Shown here: piece by piece, positions 27,501 to 36,500 of the stretch
Numbering within the stretch: the stretch's first letter is position 1
Layout of the letters: each line of letters opens with the position of its first letter
Origin: Antedon mediterranea
Taxonomy: Eukaryota > Animalia > Echinodermata
Direction: 5' to 3'
Length of the DNA: 64,000 bases
Assembly (NCBI RefSeq): GCF_964355755.1
Contig: NC_092676.1
Span: 9,339,888 to 9,403,887, forward strand
Program-made: the position numbers and the translations under genes
Notes under the pieces: model-generated
Told to the model about the DNA's origin: nothing
The model's database searches: none
Seen by the model: the letters and a program-made list of their open reading frames with translations, nothing else

Positions 27501-30500
27501 AGCCGAAGCGAACAGAGATGGCGGTGGTGGTCTTTGCCTCTACATTAATGAGAAATACTGTCATCCAAATAACTCTACGCTTAAGCTTCATAAATGTTCG
27601 CCACACTCGGAAGTGCTGGTTGTTGGTATTCGCCCCTACTATCTTCCGAGAGAGTTCTCGCATGTTATCAATGTTATGGTATACATACCTAACAAAAAGC
27701 TTGAAAAGCCTGCAATTAATGAGATCGCAGAAATTATCGAAGGAATTGAGTGTAGTCACCCTGAAGCGCTGGTAATTATCAATGGCGATTTCAACAGATG
27801 CAAGCTCAAGAAAACAACGGCCACATATTATCAGCATGTTACATGTAAAGGCTGGTTTCCTGTCGACGTAAGAACATCACTTTTGTTGCGACTACGTCGA
27901 TTTGTCGTAAGAAATGCGGATTTTACAGGAAACCGATTACGATCGAAAATTTACAAAATCGACGCAACGTAAGAAAAATGGTAACGACAAACGATTTTAC
28001 AGGAAACCGATGACCTAACAATTGTTGCGTTACGACGTTTTCTTCCGATTTTACAGGAAACCGGGATTTTTGATCTTACGCTTGAATGAACGCCCTTGCG
28101 TCACGTTTCTTACGTCTCTTACGAAAGTTGACTTGAAGTCAACTTTCGCAAGAGACGTAAGCGCAATCGTAACAAGCAACCAATGAGCGACAAGAGTTAT
28201 GACGTAATGTGTATGTCCTTATAGTGAAATAAAGCCGGACAATAACATTTGTATGTATTTACTACTATAATTTTAGCCCACTTTACGATGTTGTACATAC
28301 TTTACAAATGCACAGTAGTGTCAATAATAGGCCTAATAATGTTCTAATCAGGGAGTTTACAACTCATATCAAAATCTAATACTCTTATTTATGGACGTGC
28401 AATAAACAATCAGTATCGGTAGAAACGTCACGAAAATGAACATTTGCAACAAGATAAGATATAGAAAGCCCCTTTGTAAGCAATATAATATTATTATGTA
28501 ACTTTAAAAAAAAATTATTTGCTTGATTTTGTATAATTTATATTGTTTTGTTAAATTTATTCTTATTATAGGCCTGTAAATAATGGGTATCTTACTGCGG
28601 TAGTACTATCTCATGCTCGATTAAAGTATGCCTGGGCCCATAGGCCAAGGCCTAGCCTAGGGCCTAGGTAGGTCTAATAATAATAGGAATCCCGAAATGA
28701 TTTGCCTTTTTTTAATTTTGAAAACTATTTAAGGCTAGGCCTAAAGGGCCAGGATAATTCATTCATATTTTGATTCATACAATAATACATAGGCCTACTA
28801 GCCTAGGCTCCTTATAGGCTAGTTTGATTAGATTTTGGTCAAATCAATTCCTATTAGTACAGTATTAATTAAGTATTATTACTAATACTAGGGCCTAGCC
28901 TATCTACTAAAAATAATATGTTGGTGTGCTGCACTGACACTGATGCTGAGTTGCACTGACACTGATGCTGAGAAGCTACAGGTACAATAACATCATTCAA
29001 CATTTCGCGCGAAAAATGATAAAACCCGCTCTAAAAAGAAACACCAATCAGAGATGTTGTTTCAAATACGTCATAAATCTGACCGACGTAAGAAAAAAAT
29101 TTCAACTTTCGTAACAACACTAAAATCGACGTAAGCATACGACGTGTGTTTCACAGCTAAAATTTCAACTTTCGGGAGCAGCATAACTACAGATGTTTTT
29201 CTGCGGCCCGACACGATCTTGACTAACGTCAACGACGTCAATTTTTTCTCAACTTTCGTAAGAGACGTAAGAAACGTATGAAACGCAAGAATCGTTACAA
29301 AATTCGACTTCTTACGTCGACAGGAAACCAGCCTTAAAACGAGGGACAACACGATTCTTGATTTATGCTACTCTAGTATGAAGGATGCCTATATTTCGAC
29401 CCCACTACCGAACTTGGGCAAATCTGATCATAATTTGATTTTACTCAGTCCTAAATATCGCCCGTTAAATAAGACATGCCAACCAAAAATTATTAATGTA
29501 CGTAAATGGTCTCCTGAAGCCGAGGAAGCCCTGATAGCGGAATTTGAATCTACCGATTGGGATATTTTTACGGAGGATGAAGATTTGAATAGTATTACTT
29601 ATGCAGTGAGCTCGTACATAAACTTTTGTATTGATAAATGCGTTCCAGTTAAAAAATTGAAAATCTACCCTAATAACAAGCCATGGATCACGAAAGGAGT
29701 TAAATTACTGTTGTGTGAGAAACGTAAAGCCTTTAAGATGGGCGACTCTACTACTACTACTGCGTCGAGCTTGCTCGGATCCTTTTGACTACTTCTTTCC
29801 AGCCGTCTCTGTTCATCATTGCTCCTGGTAGCTCTTCAATTGTATGGCCGGAGTCCGCAACTAGTTGGTCAATGAATGATTTTGGGGGCCTGCCTGGTCT
29901 TCTTGTCCCATGTGATGGCATCCAGAGCATAAGTTCGCTTATCAGTTCACTTTTGTTGCGGAAAGAGTGTCCAACAAAGCGGACTCTTCTTTCTTTGATA
30001 ATATCGGGGATCTTGCGAAGATTCCCATATAGCTGAGCGTTGGAGAGGTGATCTTGCCACGAAACGTTAAGAACGGCTCGTAGCATCCTAGTATATGTTC
30101 CGTTTAGAGTGTTTTCAAGTTTCTTAGTTAGGGTCCATGTCGATGACCCGTAGAGAAGGACAGACTCGACTGTGGTCTTAAAGAAATTTTTCTTCATGTT
30201 GTTTGAGATGTTGGACTTCCATATGACAGTCAGGCGTTTGAGAGCTGACCAGGCTTTGCTGATACGTATATCAACGTCTTTTGCTGTTGAGGCAATGTTG
30301 CTGCCAAGATAGGTGAACTGGTCGACTTGATTGAGAGCGTATCCGGAGCTAGTTTGAATTTGACCTTGACAGTTTACGTTCATACTTTCTGTCTTTTTGG
30401 CATTTATGTGGAGGCCGATTGAGGATGCAGCATTTTCAAGGGCGTGTAGGAGGGTTTTTGCTTTGCGACTCTAATCGTATGAAAATATTGACTAGAGAGA

Positions 30501-33500
30501 TTAAATCTGAAATAATGAAACAGAAGGTCTTCAGGTCTAATAATATGAAACAAGTTTGGCAGGGTATTAAACTTATGAGTGGTTACACAAACGGTGGTAA
30601 TACACCCACCTCAATTCCGAATGTTACTGTGCAATATGTTAATGAGTTAAATGAATTTTATAACCGTTTTAATGTTCATGATTTTAAAAAAGAAAGAGAG
30701 GCTCTATTTAGCTTGTGTCTGGTGACTGAAGATGATCCCAAATTTAGTATAAGCATTTCTGATGTACATAACGAATTTATGAAACTCAATTCATCGAAGG
30801 CTGCTGGGCCGGATAGAATCCCACCACGAGTACTTAAGGTCTGCTCTCCTCACCTTGATGGTATATTTACATTTATTTTCAATATGTGTCTTTCTTATCA
30901 TGCGTTCCCGGATATTTGGAAACTTTCATGCATAATACCGGTACCTAAGAAACCTAAGATTAACAGCATGAATGATTTGAGACCCGTTGCACTCACGTCT
31001 GTCGCGATGAAAATATTGGAACGCATTATTTTAAAAATTATGCAACCTTATGCTGAAAAAGTGTTAGACCCGTTGCAATTTGCTTACCGATCACTCCGTA
31101 GTACCAGTGATGCGATTTATTTTAAATTACATAAATTGTATTCACATCTAGATAATGTAAAGAAAGGCCACTCGGCACGTATTATGTATTTTGATTTTCA
31201 GTCTGCGTTTAATACCATACAACCCCATATCTTAGCAGACAAAATGTTGAATATGGAGTTTCCCCGTCCGATTGTTCGTTTAGTTTTAAATTTCATTTGT
31301 GATAGAAAACAATTTGTTAATATTAATGGTGTTAAGTCAGAAATCGTAACCTCTGACACCGGTGTTCCTCAGGGTACTGTCAACGCACCTAAATTATATT
31401 CCTTGTATACGGCCGATTACAGATCTTTAAATGATGAGCTTTGCCCCGTTGTTAAATTCGCCGATGACACTAGTAATATTGGTCTCATAGTTTCAAACAA
31501 TGATGAAAATTATCGTAGCGAAATACAAAGATTTGTTAAATTTTGTGACGATAATTATCTCCAAATAAATGCATCAAAAACAAAAGAGATGATCATTGAT
31601 TTTAGGACTAAACATAAATTTAATTTTCAACCAATCACTATCAAAGGTAAAGAAATTGAAATTGTTGACCAGTACAAGTATCTAGGAATTGGGGAGACCA
31701 TATAGACTACATCAGCAAAAAATTAAATCCCAGAATGTATTGTATGAGAACTTTATATAAATTTAACTCCTGTGATTTCGTTCTATAGATCCGTTATATG
31801 TAGTGTTTGGACGTATTGCCTCTCCTGTTGGGCTGGTAATGTTACCGGAGGGAATAAAGGACGCCTTGAAACTTTCATCCGTCGGGCTGGTAAAATGGTT
31901 GGTCTGGAACTGCCTTCCTTTACCGATGTGCACCTAGAACACCTCCAGAAAGATTTCGAACGCATTGAGTCGGATGCCTCTCATCCTCTCCACAAAGTGA
32001 TCATAGACCAACTTAATCCAAGTGGTAGATTGAGGCTCCTCAGTGTGAAAACAAATTGATTTGCTAAATTCTTTATTCCCTCCGGTATCATCCAGTACAA
32101 CAGGAAGTCAAGAAGATAATTTTATCTTGTAATTTTTTAGATGTTTTTATATGAATGGTTTTATGCTATATTTGTTTTTATTGTGTTTTCTTTGTTTTTA
32201 TGACGAGCAATGAATTTCCTTTTTGAGGATCAATAAAAGTTATCTTATCTTATCTTATCTTTATCGTACTTAAATTATGGTGTTCTTGCTTGGGGAAATG
32301 CTTCAAAATCAACTATTACTAAAATTTTATTAATCCAGAAACGAGCTGTCAGAATTATCTCAGGGGTAACTTTTCGTGCTCACACCCAAGATCTCTTTCA
32401 AAAAAATAAAATATTAAAAATTGAGGATCTCTATAGATTTAATGTTGGTGTCATCATGTTTCAATTAACCGCCGGACACTTACCACCTATAATATCCAGT
32501 AAAATTCACTCAAAATAAACAATACCACACTCACCAAACAAGACAAAAAGATCAGTATCACCTGCCATTTACTCGAACTAGTCTTAAAATGAATACCCTT
32601 GTATACACTGGACCTAAACTCTGGAATTATCTTCCTTTATTTCTTAAAAAATCTCATAAATGTGCTTTATTTAAACGTCAATTTAAACTATTATTGGTTG
32701 AAGGTTCTTTGTAAATTCTTTTATTATTGATTCTTTTATTATTGATATATTTGGATATTTCTTAAATAATTTATATAATCTTTTTTTTACTTGTTTTTTT
32801 AGTTTTAAACATGTTAAACTTATGTGTTAGAGAAAAGATTTTAGTTAAATTGTTGTTTTTTTTTTGGAGTTTCTAATTGTGTTATTTTATTTTTAGGCTC
32901 TTCCACTTTATATTTATATATTTGTAAAGTGAAATAAATAAATGAAATAAAATGAAATGAAATTACTTATGTAATTACTTATATAATTACTTATAGAATT
33001 ACTTATATAATTATTCTCATTGTACAATATAGAGAAGAGTATTAGACATTAACGTTCTCTCTTCAACACACTAATTTATGTTTTACGATTCTATAAATTA
33101 TGTACAACATGATTATAAAGAAAAATATTTTATCTTACTTGTTTGTGTGTTTAGAATTTGTCCATGTTATTTCGATACCAATTGGGGCAACAAGCGTAAT
33201 TGCAACCGACGGAGGAGAATATAGTTTTCTAGGTAGGCCCTACAGTTTTATCCAATGATTCATTTGATCAGCTTTACATATTGGAAATCCAGGAATCTGG
33301 ACCATCATGGATGAAAATATTTATGCAAATATATTCAATATGCAAATGCTTTCAAATGTAGTATTAAAATTATATGTATTCGTACTTGAACAAGTTGAAA
33401 TTGTTAAAACAAATATCAATCATGTATCGTTTAATAGGTGTACAATTCAATGGTGAAATTGTCATTGGTGATGATTATTTGCAACGACGACGTCAGGGTT

Positions 33501-36500
33501 TGGTGTCAGCTGGGGTAGATTTAGTTTATTATTCATACGCGTTCGACCAAGTTACTATCAAAGGACCAACTACTGCTGTTATTGACATTATGGTGCGTAT
33601 ACTAGTGGACTGATGAAACGTTGCATACTATATTTATTCATTTAATTAGTTGGAAACTTGTTCTCATGTTTACCATACTTCCTAATACTGTACGCCTAGT
33701 AACAAAACACCTTTGAGATAAGGGTATACTTTTCTTGGAGTAGGCCTACAGTAGTTGACCGTGGTTAGTTTTCCTGTTGTAGTCCCCAAGGTTGCACAAT
33801 CTAATATATTGAATAAATCACTTGCATGCATTTAGTTTTTATATAAAAAAATCAATACAATTCGTTACAATCGCCAATTTTCAATTATATTACAGGTTTT
33901 CAAACATGCAAGGAGCCCTTTGTACAAGGCAAATGTTTCCTACAGTTACTACCAGAAGACTAGCATGGCAACTTCAGAATGGAGTAAAGGTTCGTGGTCA
34001 ACTTGCTCGAAGAGTTGTGGTTCAGGTCAAGAGACGCGTGACGTCACTTGTACATTAGATGGACGGCCAGTAGCAACAGCAATGTGTATTGGTGTAAAAC
34101 CAAATGAACAGCGACCATGTGACCAAGGGTCATGTCCTATGAAGCAATGGGCAGCTGGAAAATATGGCCAGGTAAATGTTGCATATAGTTAAACACAAAG
34201 TCTAGATAAGATCAGTAAATATGGTTGAATAAAATGCAATTTATTTTTCCTCTCTGGGTAATATTTGATTCTAAAATAAGAGCACATGATCACACGTGGA
34301 ATCACGTCCAATAACATTACGATTGTATGCATTATGTATTCTATTATTGACATTAAATAGCTTGTAGTCTGTAAGCTGCTAACATCAATGTTATATACAG
34401 TAGATACCTTAACACATGTTCTGTATCGTGTAGTGTTCGGTGACATGCGGTGATGGCATTAAAACCAGAATTGTAACTTGTCAAAGTTCGGACGACGAAC
34501 AAGTACTGGATGATTCCGAATGCAATCCAGATACTAAACCGGACGAACAGAAGCCATGCTCAAAGCCAGCATGTAAGTAGATTTTCTGTCTAACACAATG
34601 ATAAGATTACGATGACGGTCGATCATATGATTGTGGTTATTATTCGTTCGTCTTTAAATCATAGGTTGCGGCGAGACATACACGGAAAATGCGGGTTCGC
34701 TAACCTCGCCAAATTACCCGAACAAATACAAGGCGAATGCAAATTGTGTGACAAAGATCGAAATAACGAGTGGTCGTCAAGTCAAAATCTCGTTTGAAGT
34801 GTTCAAATTGCAGAATTCAGAAAATTGCAAAAACGACTATGTCAAAGTAAGAGGATATATATATTATATATATAAATGTTCGGTTCAATGTAACCGTCTA
34901 AAAAGTGCTCAATACTGTAAAGTAGAGCTGAAATGTACATTAAGTCTGGAAAAGAAGTAAAAACTACAGTTTGGTCTCTACAGGCTTGTTTCGTGAGTCG
35001 TGCAACTCACTCATCAGGAGACTATAATGAGAACAATCAATTACAACGTTGCTTATAACCACATTTACTTGTATAATTAGCATTTACAGGTGATATATTT
35101 TAAAATGTTAGCTGTTATGTAACAATGCTTTCTTTCTGTGTCTGCAGGCCGACACAGAAAGAAAGCATACGTACGTGTGCGACGTTTCAACAAATCTTTA
35201 TCTGGCAATGACTAGATGTTAGTGGTTGGAGTTATAATGCGTTTATTGTAGAGTTTTATTTTATATTTATTGTACAATGACAAATGCAGTTGTTAAATAA
35301 TTATAACATTTGTATGTTTTCACTTACTTGCACATGGCAACTTCTCTTTATGCTAAGTTTATAATTCTACGCATGAATATCTTATTGTTTATTATTTTAG
35401 TTGACAGATGAAGGAACAGGAACCAATGCCGTCTTCTGTGGTTCCCTGAAGCCTTTCCATTGGACGTCGGAAACTCACATAGTAAAGTTGGAGTTTCACA
35501 GCAACAAAGGCACAAACAAAAAAGGATTCCAAGCGGACTATGAGAGCATCGAGACAGAAACAAACGGATATGGTTAGTTAGTTAGACGTATATTGTTTTT
35601 GTTTTTATTACAAGCAAATAATAGGCCAAATATACTAATTTACATATTTAAAAATATAATTTGAATGGGCCGCGCCGGAAAAGGTGGATTTGCGTGAATA
35701 GGATATGTGTGCACGTGTATTCATATTTGTATCTACTTCCTGCGACGCGAAACCAAAAATACACAGCTAATCAGGCAGATCAGTTTGACGCGATTCACAC
35801 TATTACATTTTAAATTACATACCTTACATATTCACTTGGTTATTGATGTTGCTGGCGGCGTTTATCAAATGTGAAGATAGTCTTTTAAAAAATCAAAAAA
35901 CAAAATTATAATCGACTATATTATTAAACTGTTTTTTCATTCACTTAGTGCCAAGTTGCAGTATGACAATGTCTAAAAATGGGGGTGTAATTTTGTCACC
36001 AAGCTACCCAGAACCTTACAAAAATAACTTCGAATGTGAAACCGTTATCCAAGCTAAGCAATCAGATGTTGTTGAACTTACTTTGGAAGAGTTTGAAGTT
36101 GAGTTTCACAACTCTTGTAGATATGATTACTTGCAGGTAGATTAATTCATTATTAAAATATTGTAAAGCAATATAATAAGTAATAAGTAATACCGTATTT
36201 ATTCGAATTGTTGAGATGTGTTGTTGCAATGCAATACTTGTGTATTATGCGCATGTGGTAGGGCGTTATACGACGAAATAAATAAACGCCCGGGGAGTTT
36301 ATTCGAGAGCAGGGTAGGGGATTAAAAAAATGACCTATGTTAGTTTCCTTCTTTATTTTCACCAACATACTTTCTCAAATGTTTGCAGATCACTGAGACT
36401 CAAGACGGAAATGTGGAGGACCCACTATGTGGCTCAAGAACAGGCGAAGTTTTTGAATTCACTGGCGGGATAAAACTGCTGTTTCACAGTGATAGCTCCA

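Larger units (their letters stand above)
27371..32260 (+). mobile_element. Rex1/Babar-like LINE nested in the host LINE
   Basis: APE ([41 protein letters not shown]), [11 protein letters not shown] ([47 protein letters not shown]); tail gaatttcc..gaggatcaataaa(ttatc)n. Confidence 0.88.
14050..32960 (+). mobile_element. Degraded near-full-length CR1/L2-group LINE (ORF1 plus APE-RT ORF2), host of nested insertions
   Basis: ORF1 coiled-coil/RRM-like at 14213-14780 and 15605-15700 ([17 protein letters not shown]...[10 protein letters not shown]). APE at 16419-16966 and 25392-25630 ([41 protein letters not shown]). RT at 26573-27298 ([31 protein letters not shown]). C-terminus at 32262-32710; (aaat)n tail ~32930-32960. 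Many stops and frameshifts; 5' end approximate. Confidence 0.85.
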
